Source of the DNA: a virus
Length of the DNA: 60,544 nucleotides
Direction: 5' to 3' (one strand)
IMG/VR virus record: IMGVR_UViG_3300027908_000020
Coordinates: 1-60,544 of that record
In this document: in pieces, positions 8,924-19,023 of the stretch
Numbering within the stretch: position 1 is the stretch's first letter
Layout: each line of letters opens with the position of its first letter
Made by a program: the position numbers and the translations under genes
The notes under the pieces: model-generated
The model's input: the letters and a program-made list of their open reading frames with translations, nothing else
Told to the model about the DNA's origin: nothing
Database searches by the model: none

Positions 8924-10417
8924 ATGCCAGCTCCTCCAGCAGCCCCAGGAAAACCAAAAGATCCTTCTCAAATGAGTTTGAGAAGGCACAAGCGTCAGTG
9001 GAACACTGTCTATAAGGATTTTTCCCAAAAGATAAAAGCATTTAAAAATGGTTTAAACGGTAAGGGTGATACCAAGTTTCAACTTCCTCCGTCAGATATT
9101 AAGTTTCCATTTCCAAATGAAGTTGGTAATTTTCTTGATACTCTAGCTGCTGAATTTCAAGCTATGGTTAACGATGCCCATAGTATTATGCAGGAACAAG
9201 AAACCTATTCTCGTGTCAGAAGAAAAAGGAAGCCGAAGCCAGCCCCAACTGCAGAAGCTCCCCCAGTAACTCCAACTGGTCCTCCTGTAGAGGCTCCGGA
9301 GGCCGTTGTTGATACATTGTCTAGATTAGGTAGTGATTATGAAACTATGCTTGAGGTATATTCTTCGAGTAGACTCAGTAGGTTTTGGCAATACACAAAG
9401 GCTCCCTTCTCACGAAAACCTTATAACAAACAGCGTATTAGTCTTTTAAGTCTTTCTGCGGATTTATACTATCAACTTTTAGATTTCGAAAATGAAATTT
9501 TGTCGTTAAAGCTAAACAGTATTCCTAAGTCATTGTCTAGATATCAGGCAGCTCGCTACACTTTTGATTCAATTAGGTCTACAATTGTACGACTGGTTGA
9601 AGCTATGGAGGGAAAGAAGGACGAGAAAGGTAATTTACCTCCGTCACAAACACCACCTATAGTTTCAAACAACCCGACACCAAGTACTGATGTTCCAGAA
9701 TCACCAACACCCCCAAGTAACGATATTAAAAGAATAGAACAAAACCTGCATATCGTTCATAATATAGGTTTAGCATCTCAAGAAATTATGGAAATTCATC
9801 GAGTAATTCAAGATTATTATCAAGAGACTGATGAGCACACCAAGGCCATGTTTAAAGACCAGATATTAAAATCTTATCGTAAGATGATGAAATCGGTTGT
9901 TAATGAGGTTCAAAAGAGATTTGGGCCCGCTGATATAAAGAGTCCGCAGGACGTCATTAATCTCATAATGAAAAATCGTGCCGCAACAGCTAGTACTGCA
10001 GCTGATCAAATTGTTAAGGAAGGGCACAACCATATAACACGTTTTTTAAAGAGACAACTTATAAAAGCTCGATCATACAATCAAAGTGCTGGTCCACGAC
10101 TTGAAGTAGTTGAAACGTTAGAAGAAACTAAGAAACTTCTTAAGAAGTTTATGGACTATCTTGAAAAGGGTCTCGATCCAGAAGAACTTTCTACATATCT
10201 AGCAGCTCTAGATGAGAATTTTAAAACGATAAATAATCCGCTCTCAACATTAATCACAATGTATGAACAAGAATTTTACAAACAAGAAGGTAAAAAAGGC
10301 AAGGGAAGAAAAGGTAAAGGAAAAGAACCATTATCTCCTGATTCCGATCTTGACTCATTTACAGATGTCCTTCTAAAGAGAAAAGTTAAAAGAGACATTC
10401 AGAAAGGACTTCTATAA
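8924..10417 (+). CDS. Hypothetical helical protein with Pro-rich linkers
   Basis: 497-aa ORF. Confidence 0.7.
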   Translation: MPAPPAAPGKPKDPSQMSLRRHKRQWNTVYKDFSQKIKAFKNGLNGKGDTKFQLPPSDIKFPFPNEVGNFLDTLAAEFQAMVNDAHSIMQEQETYSRVRRKRKPKPAPTAEAPPVTPTGPPVEAPEAVVDTLSRLGSDYETMLEVYSSSRLSRFWQYTKAPFSRKPYNKQRISLLSLSADLYYQLLDFENEILSLKLNSIPKSLSRYQAARYTFDSIRSTIVRLVEAMEGKKDEKGNLPPSQTPPIVSNNPTPSTDVPESPTPPSNDIKRIEQNLHIVHNIGLASQEIMEIHRVIQDYYQETDEHTKAMFKDQILKSYRKMMKSVVNEVQKRFGPADIKSPQDVINLIMKNRAATASTAADQIVKEGHNHITRFLKRQLIKARSYNQSAGPRLEVVETLEETKKLLKKFMDYLEKGLDPEELSTYLAALDENFKTINNPLSTLITMYEQEFYKQEGKKGKGRKGKGKEPLSPDSDLDSFTDVLLKRKVKRDIQKGLL

Positions 10418-10815
10418 TGAATTCTTGTTACATTGTTATAGCTGGTTCAAAATTTGAGGCTCTCGTAGCGTTGACACATGATGAGCAGGCAGTCGGTCTC
10501 ATGTATCGAGACCCGCCACTACCAGCAATGGTTTTCCCTTACCCAACCCAAAAAATAAATAAATTCTGGATGCAGAATACCAAGCAGGCGTTAGACATAC
10601 TATTTTGTCTTGATAGTAAGGTTGTTTCAATTTGTAAAGGCATGCCTTACTCTACTTCCATTATAGGCAGTGATACTCCATCGGATTTGGTTATTGAATT
10701 ACCGGCAGGTACCTGCGCCCTGAATGGTATTAAAGTAGGAGATTCGGCCCGCCCCCAATACTCTGTAGATTCCTTAATGAAACTCTTTATGATGAAGAGC
10801 GGCCTACAGATTTAG
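10417..10815 (+). CDS. DUF192 family protein
   Basis: EQAVGLMYR, MVFPY, FWMQNT..LDILF, VIELPAG...GIKVGD. Confidence 0.8.
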   Translation: MNSCYIVIAGSKFEALVALTHDEQAVGLMYRDPPLPAMVFPYPTQKINKFWMQNTKQALDILFCLDSKVVSICKGMPYSTSIIGSDTPSDLVIELPAGTCALNGIKVGDSARPQYSVDSLMKLFMMKSGLQI

Positions 10816-10867
10816 ATTTTTTAACATTGTACATACTGACGCACCGCATTATGTTATTCTATGTAGA

Positions 10868-11884
10868 ATGAATAATAGCGGAGCAAACCTAAATCAAATC
10901 TTGGAATTATTCAAGATTAAAGCTTCTTGCGTGAGCTTTAAAAAAGTACGTAACGTCACTCTTTATGATGTTTTACTAAATCCGGGAACCAGAGTCAGAG
11001 ATTTGCAAAAGTTTTCTGATGAAATATCCTTGGCGCTAAGAGCTAAAGCGAAACCAATGGTTCGTCCGATTCTAGAGCATGGTATTGTTAGGCTTGAAGT
11101 CATTGATGAGAATCCGCATAAGATATCATTTTTTGATGAATTCTTGAAAACTCATAAAACCGATGAGTCTATTCCTATGTATCTTGGTAGCTCTATAGAT
11201 GGAAATGACTTACAGTTTGATATCACAAAGAATCCTCATACATTAATTGCCGGTACAACTGGCTCCGGTAAGAGCACACTATTACATGTAATAGTTGCAA
11301 ATGCATTAGCTACACCTAATGTTAATGTATGTGTAATAGATTCAAAGAACGTAGAATTTGAGAGTTATAAACGTAATAAAAGAGTTTGCGTGGCAAACTC
11401 TTTTGAGGATGCGATTTCACTTTTGAAATATGTATACGACGAGATGGAGAATAGATATTCTATGATTACAGAATACTCTTTGTCATCGAATTATTTTACA
11501 ACACCTCGCTCTAATTTTGCTCAGTATGTATTTATCATTGATGAGTATGCTGATATGGTTATGCAGGATAAAGACAAAACGTTTCATAATCTTGTCTGTA
11601 AACTTGCACAAAAATGCAGAGCAGCTGGTATCTATTGCGTTCTCGCAACACAGCGTCCATCGGTTGATATCATTAGCGGCTCAATTAAAGCAAATTTCCC
11701 ATCCAGAATATCTTGCCAAGTTGCATCAGGAAGAGATTCTAAGGTTATATTAGATACAACTGGAGCAGAGCTATTGGCCGGAATGGGCGATGCTATTATA
11801 AAAAATTATAAATATAACTATCAGAGATTTCAGATAGCTTATACTAATCCAGAAGAGGTTTGTACATTTTATGCAGCAGAATAA
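10868..11884 (+). CDS. FtsK/SpoIIIE motor-domain ATPase (no TM or gamma domain)
   Basis: PHTLIAGTTGSGKS, IDSKNVE, EMENRY, IIDEYAD, LAQKCRAAGI, ATQRPS, IKANFPSRI, GAELLAGMGD. Confidence 0.9.
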   Translation: MNNSGANLNQILELFKIKASCVSFKKVRNVTLYDVLLNPGTRVRDLQKFSDEISLALRAKAKPMVRPILEHGIVRLEVIDENPHKISFFDEFLKTHKTDESIPMYLGSSIDGNDLQFDITKNPHTLIAGTTGSGKSTLLHVIVANALATPNVNVCVIDSKNVEFESYKRNKRVCVANSFEDAISLLKYVYDEMENRYSMITEYSLSSNYFTTPRSNFAQYVFIIDEYADMVMQDKDKTFHNLVCKLAQKCRAAGIYCVLATQRPSVDIISGSIKANFPSRISCQVASGRDSKVILDTTGAELLAGMGDAIIKNYKYNYQRFQIAYTNPEEVCTFYAAE

Positions 11885-13262
11885 TTCTCTATTTAAAATT
11901 GAAGATATAAGCGATTCTTACATAGAACTATTTGTTAGAGATTTTATGGATCGAAATATAAATGCAATAAATAATTTGTGTTTCAGCGTTTATGGAGAGA
12001 GCTCAAAATTATCTATTCTAGCTTTTCAGGAAATAATTTATTCAGAGTTAAAAAAAGCATGCTATTCGTTCGTAAATAACGATCATGATCCAGCATACAT
12101 AGACTCTTATATGTTTTCTTGCATTAGGAGAACAATAAAAAATTTAAATAATGAGGATAAATCCAGTATCTATGTTTGTCCTGCCTGCAAATATCTCAAC
12201 AGAATTGAAGTTCTTGAGATAAAAGGTAAAAAACTGGTTTGCAATTCATGTCGTAATCGGATTGTGTCCGTAACCAGTCAGTGGGAAGAAACGTTATTTA
12301 CTACCTTTTACGAACATGGCAGAAAAGGGTATAGATGCCCGGACTGCAATAATTTTATTCCAGAGGGTGGAGCTGATACTATCAGATGTCCTTACCCAAA
12401 TTGTTTTTTTGTTGGCGAGGCATCCAGCCTTAAATCCATGAGGCACCCATCCGTTAAAGTTAACTTGGAAATACCGTCCCTTAATAATCAAGAAATTAAT
12501 AGCAATAGATCTCCAGATACCGAGATTGTGATGCAAGATGATTTTAGGGGATACCTTAAAATTCTTAATGAAGTAATTGACTCTCAAATAAATCTTATTC
12601 ACTATAAGAGCAATGAGTCGACTATAAAAAATAAACTATGCATGTATCAAGCATTCAAAAATATTATAGATAGGTATCCAGAGGAGATGATATCTTATTT
12701 GATTTTCTTAAATAGAAATGTAAGATTACAGCATAAAATATTTCAAGAGTTCGTTAAACTTCTAGAAGATTGTTTACCGTTCTCATTTAAAAAAAATGGT
12801 AAACAATATGAAGTAAAAACTCTTACCGATGAAAACTTATGTATTTTTGATGGTACAAGTGAATTTACCGCTACGTTAGATGAGCACCATGAAATACCAA
12901 ATGGAACACAAGAACTTTACGTGGGTGGCAGAAAGGGCTCGTACTGCAGATCTTTCTACATAGGAAAAGTTCTTGATATCATTGATATAGATTCTCAGAA
13001 GTCCATACTAGATCAAATGAAGGAGTATACGTTTTTTAAAATTATAATGTCTGAAACTATTGAATCAGGACGAAAAGTGTTTGTTAGACATTTAAGAATT
13101 CCGCCCCACTATCAGATGGGAGGAATGGTCTACCTCAATAGAATTCGAAGGAATATTGTTGATAAAGCGTACTACGTGATCAATGGCAAGAAGAGAGCTA
13201 TAAAGAGAAATGAGAAAGCAATCGATAATCAAGCTGAAATGTGCCCAGACATTTGTATTTAA
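11871..13262 (+). CDS. Hypothetical protein with zinc ribbons and a possible sigma region-2-like N-terminus
   Basis: CPAC/CNSC/CPDC/CPYPNC; FQEIIYSELKKACYSF...SYMFSCIRRTI. Confidence 0.55.
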   Translation: MQQNNSLFKIEDISDSYIELFVRDFMDRNINAINNLCFSVYGESSKLSILAFQEIIYSELKKACYSFVNNDHDPAYIDSYMFSCIRRTIKNLNNEDKSSIYVCPACKYLNRIEVLEIKGKKLVCNSCRNRIVSVTSQWEETLFTTFYEHGRKGYRCPDCNNFIPEGGADTIRCPYPNCFFVGEASSLKSMRHPSVKVNLEIPSLNNQEINSNRSPDTEIVMQDDFRGYLKILNEVIDSQINLIHYKSNESTIKNKLCMYQAFKNIIDRYPEEMISYLIFLNRNVRLQHKIFQEFVKLLEDCLPFSFKKNGKQYEVKTLTDENLCIFDGTSEFTATLDEHHEIPNGTQELYVGGRKGSYCRSFYIGKVLDIIDIDSQKSILDQMKEYTFFKIIMSETIESGRKVFVRHLRIPPHYQMGGMVYLNRIRRNIVDKAYYVINGKKRAIKRNEKAIDNQAEMCPDICI

Positions 13263-13665
13263 ATCAAGATGTAAGTTCTGTAAGAGTGGACCTAAGTATA
13301 TATTTTTCCTACTGAATAGATTTTTAGATGAGAAAAACATCGTAGCTATACTAAAATACTACAGTGATAATTTTCAGCTACCTCATGTGATTAATGACAA
13401 TCATTATATTGAGTCATCTATCAAAAATAGAGCATTTAGACCATCGTATATGTTTGATTTTAATACAACATACTTCCGAAAAATTACGCCTCCAAATTCT
13501 AAGTACGAAGCAAACAAAGATAAATTCACTTCTATTTTAGAATGTGAATGTGCCGCAACTACCTGGTCGTTCGTAGATTCTAGACGTAAGCATATTAGAA
13601 ATCGTAAAAATATTCGCACCGCACCCAAGCTTGATGTAAAATCTCTCTATAAGATAATGATCTAA
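13210..13665 (+). CDS. Hypothetical protein
   Basis: 151-aa ORF with CKFC and CEC. Confidence 0.55.
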   Translation: MRKQSIIKLKCAQTFVFKSRCKFCKSGPKYIFFLLNRFLDEKNIVAILKYYSDNFQLPHVINDNHYIESSIKNRAFRPSYMFDFNTTYFRKITPPNSKYEANKDKFTSILECECAATTWSFVDSRRKHIRNRKNIRTAPKLDVKSLYKIMI

Positions 13666-14447
13666 TGCGTAAATGGCGCCCGACTTTCCGTTGCCTATAT
13701 ATTATTCCTGAGATCCATGGGAATATGCAGAGTCTTGAAGTGATTCTCAATAGGGTTCTTCCTCTAAGAAAATTTAAGAACCAAGAAGACATTTTAGTAA
13801 TGCTTGGTGATTACATAGATGGTGAACAGGGTAGTGCCGAAGTAATCGATACCCTCATTAATATAAAAGAAGAATATAAAGAGCGCGCTATTTTCCTCAA
13901 AGGAAACCACGAGGAATCTTTTATCAGAGCAATGCTTGGTTCTGATTTTGATTTTAATTCATGGATGAATATGGGAGGATTATCTACGATCTCTAGTTAT
14001 GTAAAAAAGTATCATCCTAATGTAATACCATCAAATATATCTAGAAATAGATTATCTCAGATAGTACCGAAGGCTCATCTGGAATTTTTACAGTCTTTGG
14101 AAAATTTTAGAGTTCTTGATAACTACGTCTTTTTCCACGGAAGTTTTGATCATAATAAAAGCATAGCAAATAATAGTATAAACAATTTCATATTTGATTC
14201 TACTGCTAGCCGCTACGTAAAAGAATGTATTAACAAACGTATAGCTCCCGAATTTTTGGACGATTATATATTTGTCGGAGCACATAACTTTAACTCAGAT
14301 GAACTCTTTATTCACCCGAGATATTTTATGCTCGGTGGAACAGCACCGGCTCGACTTGTTGTGTTCGAGTTAAATTCTATGACAGCATGTGCAGCTACTC
14401 GTGGCAAGTCTAGAATTTACAAACACGATTTTAAGGTTTTCGAATAA
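13665..14447 (+). CDS. Calcineurin-like metallophosphoesterase (lambda PP-like Ser/Thr phosphatase)
   Basis: PEIHG, LGDYIDG, LKGNHE, WMNMGG, FFHG. Confidence 0.85.
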   Translation: MRKWRPTFRCLYIIPEIHGNMQSLEVILNRVLPLRKFKNQEDILVMLGDYIDGEQGSAEVIDTLINIKEEYKERAIFLKGNHEESFIRAMLGSDFDFNSWMNMGGLSTISSYVKKYHPNVIPSNISRNRLSQIVPKAHLEFLQSLENFRVLDNYVFFHGSFDHNKSIANNSINNFIFDSTASRYVKECINKRIAPEFLDDYIFVGAHNFNSDELFIHPRYFMLGGTAPARLVVFELNSMTACAATRGKSRIYKHDFKVFE

Positions 14448-14832
14448 TTTTTCTTGCAGATTGCGATAAAGGAATAAATTCGTCTGCCAAATTTTCATAC
14501 AATTTCCATTGCCTATTTATAAGTTTATAGCAGGAATAATACGATGACCGACCTAAAGAGCAGTAGTAATTATTAGATGCATTTTTCAAATGTTCTGGAT
14601 ACAACGTATTACAGAAAAATATCCAGTCCCCTATGTTCTGAAAAGTAAAAAAGTCCTGGTTATATGTTGCTTCGGCATAAATTAAAGTAATACTTTCTTT
14701 AGAGTAATCAAAAGTCGAGTCCAGAAATTTATTGAAGATACTAGTTATGTAGGCACGAGTATCATCATCGCATCTCAGTGCCCCAAGTTGTTGATCAAAG
14801 AACGCATTTAGATTTTGATTTATGTTTTGCAT
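14431..14832 (-). CDS. Hypothetical protein
   Basis: 133-aa ORF with QNIGDWIFF...YYCSLGRSSY; convergent with the phosphatase gene. Confidence 0.7.
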   Translation of the reverse strand: MQNINQNLNAFFDQQLGALRCDDDTRAYITSIFNKFLDSTFDYSKESITLIYAEATYNQDFFTFQNIGDWIFFCNTLYPEHLKNASNNYYCSLGRSSYYSCYKLINRQWKLYENLADEFIPLSQSARKIIRKP

Positions 14833-14980
14833 AAGTTTATTAGTTAAAAACGACAGAACCCTTTATTAAAAGGGCCAACAAAATACATCACTATAAATAC
14901 GATTATAGTGATACTAAGTATGCTAATTCAGATCTAAAGTAGAAATTAAATACAAAGACCACATTTGATAAGAAAATAAA

Positions 14981-16753
14981 ATGAATAAAGCAAAAAAACT
15001 TGTTATCGTCGAGTCGCCAGCTAAAGCGGCAACAATAAAAAAGTATTTGGGAGAAGATTTTATTGTTATGTCATCTATTGGACATATTTGCGAACTTGCT
15101 AGCGGCGGGAAGTTTGGTATTGGCATTGATATTGATAATAAATTTAAGCCTCATTATCATTTAATAAAAGACAAAATAACATTATTGGATGAAATAATTC
15201 GTATAGCAGAGAAATCCGAAATTATTCTTTTAGCTACAGACGATGACCGAGAGGGGGAAGCCATATCTTTCCATTTATCAAGATATCTGTCATCAATAAA
15301 TAAACCAATTAAAAGAATTAAATTCAATGAAATAACAAAATCATCTATATTAAAAGCTGTAAATAATCTACAAGATATAGATACTAACCTAGTACGAGCC
15401 CAAGAGGCCCGCCGTATTCTAGATAGAATCGTAGGATTTATGGTTTCGCCGTTCCTTATTAATTATTACGGTCCAAATCTTTCTGCTGGTAGAGTACAAT
15501 CTGTAGCAGTGAGGATGATTGTAGATAGGGAGCGTGACATCGATAAGTTTAAGCCAGAAGAATATTGGAACATTCACGCGAAGTTCGCTACCCATAACGG
15601 CGAGACTTTTGAAACAAAAGCCAATACTCGTCCCAAGAATAAAGAGTCTACAGACTCATACCTTGAGGCTCTTAAGAAGCAGGAAGAATTTTATGTAACT
15701 TCTGTTTCTGCTCAGAAGAAAAAAGAAAAGCCATGCCCTCCGCTTACCACGGTAACACTACAACAGTATATGGCCAAGAAGTTTTCGATGGAGCCCGAAA
15801 AAACAATGAAGATTGCTCAGAATCTTTATGAAAATGGATACTGCACTTATATCAGAACCGATTCGACAAGAATCTCAGAAGAAGCAATAGAGTCAGTTAG
15901 AATTTGGATTAAAGAGCATTACGATTTACCAGAGAAGCCAAACCTATATACAACAAAAGATTCGGCGCAAGATGCGCATGAATGCATCAGGCCAACTAAT
16001 ATCAATACTCTTCCAGACAGTTCTATCCTAACTGGAGACGAAAGAAATGTGTATCGAGCAATATGGCAGCACTTTATTGCTTGTCAGATGAATCCAGCTA
16101 TTTGGAGCACGATGCACGTAAATATATGTGCTAGACATAACCAAAAAATATCCTTCAGTGTTTCTGGGAAGGCTCTAGACTATAAGGGATATCTTGAGAT
16201 TTTTGGAGATATTGATCCAGGAAAAATCGATATACCGAATCTTCATGAGAATGATATTCTAACTCTTGTTGGAGATGTTAAGTCAGAACAAAAATTTACC
16301 AAACCCCCTCCAAGGTATAATGATGCCTCTATAGTTGAAGAACTAGATTCAAAACAAATAGGAAGACCAGCAACATATGCTGAGATTATCAAGAAAATTG
16401 CTTCTAGAAATTATGTTGAGAAGCAAGGCTCTACCTATAGGCCCACAGAACTAGGTAAAAAGATTACTACAATACTAGTAGATTTGTTCCCATTTATGGA
16501 ATACAAATATACAGCTGAGATGGAAAAGAAACTCGACGATATAGCAAGTGGTTCTCTAGATCACCTAAATATGCTAAAAGATTTTTTTGGCCCCTTCAAA
16601 GAACAGCTTAGGCAGGCTTATATTGGTAATGGAAGTAGCGTTTGCGATAAGTGTGGATCGCCAATGATTCTAAGAATTAACTCTAAAGATCAAACAAAAT
16701 TTTTGGCATGCTCTGGCTATCCAAAATGTAGAAATACAAAAACTGTCTCATAA
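14981..16753 (+). CDS. topA: DNA topoisomerase IA
   Basis: LVIVESPAKA, GHI, ATDDDREGEAI, RRILDRIVG, SAGRVQS, AQNLYE, TYIRTDS, AHECIRPT, GRPATYA; one C-terminal C4 zinc finger. Confidence 0.97.
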   Translation: MNKAKKLVIVESPAKAATIKKYLGEDFIVMSSIGHICELASGGKFGIGIDIDNKFKPHYHLIKDKITLLDEIIRIAEKSEIILLATDDDREGEAISFHLSRYLSSINKPIKRIKFNEITKSSILKAVNNLQDIDTNLVRAQEARRILDRIVGFMVSPFLINYYGPNLSAGRVQSVAVRMIVDRERDIDKFKPEEYWNIHAKFATHNGETFETKANTRPKNKESTDSYLEALKKQEEFYVTSVSAQKKKEKPCPPLTTVTLQQYMAKKFSMEPEKTMKIAQNLYENGYCTYIRTDSTRISEEAIESVRIWIKEHYDLPEKPNLYTTKDSAQDAHECIRPTNINTLPDSSILTGDERNVYRAIWQHFIACQMNPAIWSTMHVNICARHNQKISFSVSGKALDYKGYLEIFGDIDPGKIDIPNLHENDILTLVGDVKSEQKFTKPPPRYNDASIVEELDSKQIGRPATYAEIIKKIASRNYVEKQGSTYRPTELGKKITTILVDLFPFMEYKYTAEMEKKLDDIASGSLDHLNMLKDFFGPFKEQLRQAYIGNGSSVCDKCGSPMILRINSKDQTKFLACSGYPKCRNTKTVS

Positions 16754-16764
16754 CGAGGAATAAG

Positions 16765-18105
16765 ATGGCAAAATTAGAAGAATCAAAAAATCCATTCTCA
16801 TCCAATGAATTGGATTTACAAGAAAGCCTCACCAATGAAAGATTAAAACTTTTATCAAAGGTATTCCCTTCAAAGGAGCCATGTCTCCCAGCGATGCGAC
16901 CAAAAGATAGTTTTTTAGAATTAATGGCTTGGGCCCAAGAACAGGCCACGATTTATAAAGCTCCAGTCAGAGAATATAATAGATTTATTCATAATAAAAT
17001 TATTATGGATGGTCAGTTTATGCAATTCTGTGAGGAGAAAAAACTAAAAATTATTCCAATTCTAAAAGACTCATTTGTATCCTGGAGATCTGACCAGGGT
17101 AATGAAAAATTTTTCATGCAAGGAATGTTCGAGATTCGTAGCGAAAAACATTATTTCATTCATTGTGCCTTATTTCATAAGGGAAATCAAAATGAGGACG
17201 AAATAAGCTTCTTCATTTTAGTAGATAATGATAATTACGATAACTACATTAGTATTAGAAATGAATATGATGAGTGGTCTCTCAAGAGGGATCGTAGTAA
17301 TTTGCAAATAAGAGTTATAGATGGAGAAGATATTCCTTACGAGCGCGACATGAAATGGGATGATATTTTTCTTCCAAACGAGCTTAAAGATAATATTCGT
17401 CTTTCCATTGAGGGATTTCTCAAGTCTAAGCCAATTTATGAGTCTCGCAAAATTCCTTGGAAGCGCGGAATCTTACTTTGGGGTCACCCAGGTAATGGAA
17501 AGACTAGTCTAATTAAAACAATTATAAGCAATTATGATTTTAAGCCTGTCACGGTTCTTCCAGGTGCCAACGATGATGCTATACGAGATGCGTTTTCTTA
17601 TGCTCAAGAACAAAATCCGGCCCTCTTATATTTTGAAGATTTAGACTCTCTGCTACAAACTATTAATCTTTCATTATTTTTGAATTTGTTAGATGGCATT
17701 TCAACAAAAAATGGATTGTTAATCATTGCTACTGCTAACAGTTTGGAATCGCTTAAAGCAAATATAAAAGATAGGCCATCCAGATTTGATAGAAAATTTG
17801 AAATACCACTACCCGATAGTGCGATGTCTATAAAATATCTTAAAAAGTGGTTTGGATCTCTTATGAACGATAAAGAAACTAAGAAAATGGCCGATTATGT
17901 GAGTGAGCATAATTTTTCTTATGCATATATAAAAGAATTATATATTTCTTCTGTATATAATGCTATTGCTGATAACAGAGAGTCTCCAACATCTGCTGAT
18001 GTCGATAAGGCTTTGAGCCAATTAATGGAAGATAAGTTCCGGAAGAGTTCAAAAACTATTGGTATTGATAAGTATATCGATAAAAATTCTTCTAAGAAGA
18101 AGTAG
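16765..18105 (+). CDS. AAA+ ATPase (classic clade, FtsH/BCS1-like)
   Basis: KRGILLWGHPGNGKT, YFEDLD, IATAN, RPSRFDRK. Confidence 0.9.
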   Translation: MAKLEESKNPFSSNELDLQESLTNERLKLLSKVFPSKEPCLPAMRPKDSFLELMAWAQEQATIYKAPVREYNRFIHNKIIMDGQFMQFCEEKKLKIIPILKDSFVSWRSDQGNEKFFMQGMFEIRSEKHYFIHCALFHKGNQNEDEISFFILVDNDNYDNYISIRNEYDEWSLKRDRSNLQIRVIDGEDIPYERDMKWDDIFLPNELKDNIRLSIEGFLKSKPIYESRKIPWKRGILLWGHPGNGKTSLIKTIISNYDFKPVTVLPGANDDAIRDAFSYAQEQNPALLYFEDLDSLLQTINLSLFLNLLDGISTKNGLLIIATANSLESLKANIKDRPSRFDRKFEIPLPDSAMSIKYLKKWFGSLMNDKETKKMADYVSEHNFSYAYIKELYISSVYNAIADNRESPTSADVDKALSQLMEDKFRKSSKTIGIDKYIDKNSSKKK

Positions 18106-18148
18106 AGTTTGTTATATGTTATGTAAGGAGCGCTAAAGCGTTTATATT

Positions 18149-18523
18149 ATGAAAAGAAATAAGTCCCCTAAGAAAGTTGAAACGGAAGTAAAGACCTCTG
18201 GCCCGCCAGAGATGGATTGGTCATATTTTTCTCCACTTGAAGTGAAAGTTTATGGTAATTTTGATAAGGCATTCAAGGCATTTAGAGCTTTAGTTCAGTC
18301 AGAAAAGATTCTTTCTTTATACAAAGAGAAGCAATCATATGAAAAGCCATCCGAGAAGCGTCGCCGCAAGCATAGCGAGTCTATCAAGCGCACCCTTGAA
18401 CTTCAAACGAAACAAAAGAAGATTTTGTCCGGCGAATATGAGAAAGAAAAAATCAAAAAGCAGGCCGAAAAAGATAAGCGCAAAAGAGAACGCAATACTA
18501 AAAGCGATTCAGATTTAGGATAA
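18149..18523 (+). CDS. rpsU: 30S ribosomal protein bS21 with N- and C-terminal extensions
   Basis: VKVYGNFDKAFKAFRALVQSEKILSLYKEKQSYEKPSEKRRRK. Confidence 0.85.
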   Translation: MKRNKSPKKVETEVKTSGPPEMDWSYFSPLEVKVYGNFDKAFKAFRALVQSEKILSLYKEKQSYEKPSEKRRRKHSESIKRTLELQTKQKKILSGEYEKEKIKKQAEKDKRKRERNTKSDSDLG

Positions 18524-18531
18524 GGTAAGCA

Positions 18532-19023
18532 ATGGCTGGAGATAAAGAATTAGATCGAGAAGCGGCAGACGTAATTAAAAATCCTACAAGATCAGCACCA
18601 CCAGTTCGTTCCAGATATGAACCGGAGTATGTCAGATTGAATAAAGATCCGGTTTTTCAGCCTTCTGAAATGTATGCTTCCGTCGACGATGTACCTTTTG
18701 ATGAAGATGGTGATGTGGTAGATGTCCGAAGCGGACACATTATTGATAATAATGATTTTGTGAACTTTGGGTCGCAACCTTCCCCACTACCAGCTCGACG
18801 TGAGGAACCGGCCAAAGAAACATCGACACCAGAAATTGGTGAATATATATTGATGGTACTTGGTAAATTAATATCATTAGGCTCGCTTGAGATGATTGAA
18901 AAACGTGTTAAGGGAATTATCTATGGTGAGGACCTATCCTTTAAAGGGCTAGAAGTTGGACTAGATGATATCGTGGTTCTCAAGCGAGTTGCCCTTAAAA
19001 TTGGAGTATTTATAGATGGCTGA
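18532..19023 (+). CDS. Hypothetical protein
   Basis: 163-aa ORF with TAAGGT SD. Confidence 0.65.
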   Translation: MAGDKELDREAADVIKNPTRSAPPVRSRYEPEYVRLNKDPVFQPSEMYASVDDVPFDEDGDVVDVRSGHIIDNNDFVNFGSQPSPLPARREEPAKETSTPEIGEYILMVLGKLISLGSLEMIEKRVKGIIYGEDLSFKGLEVGLDDIVVLKRVALKIGVFIDG

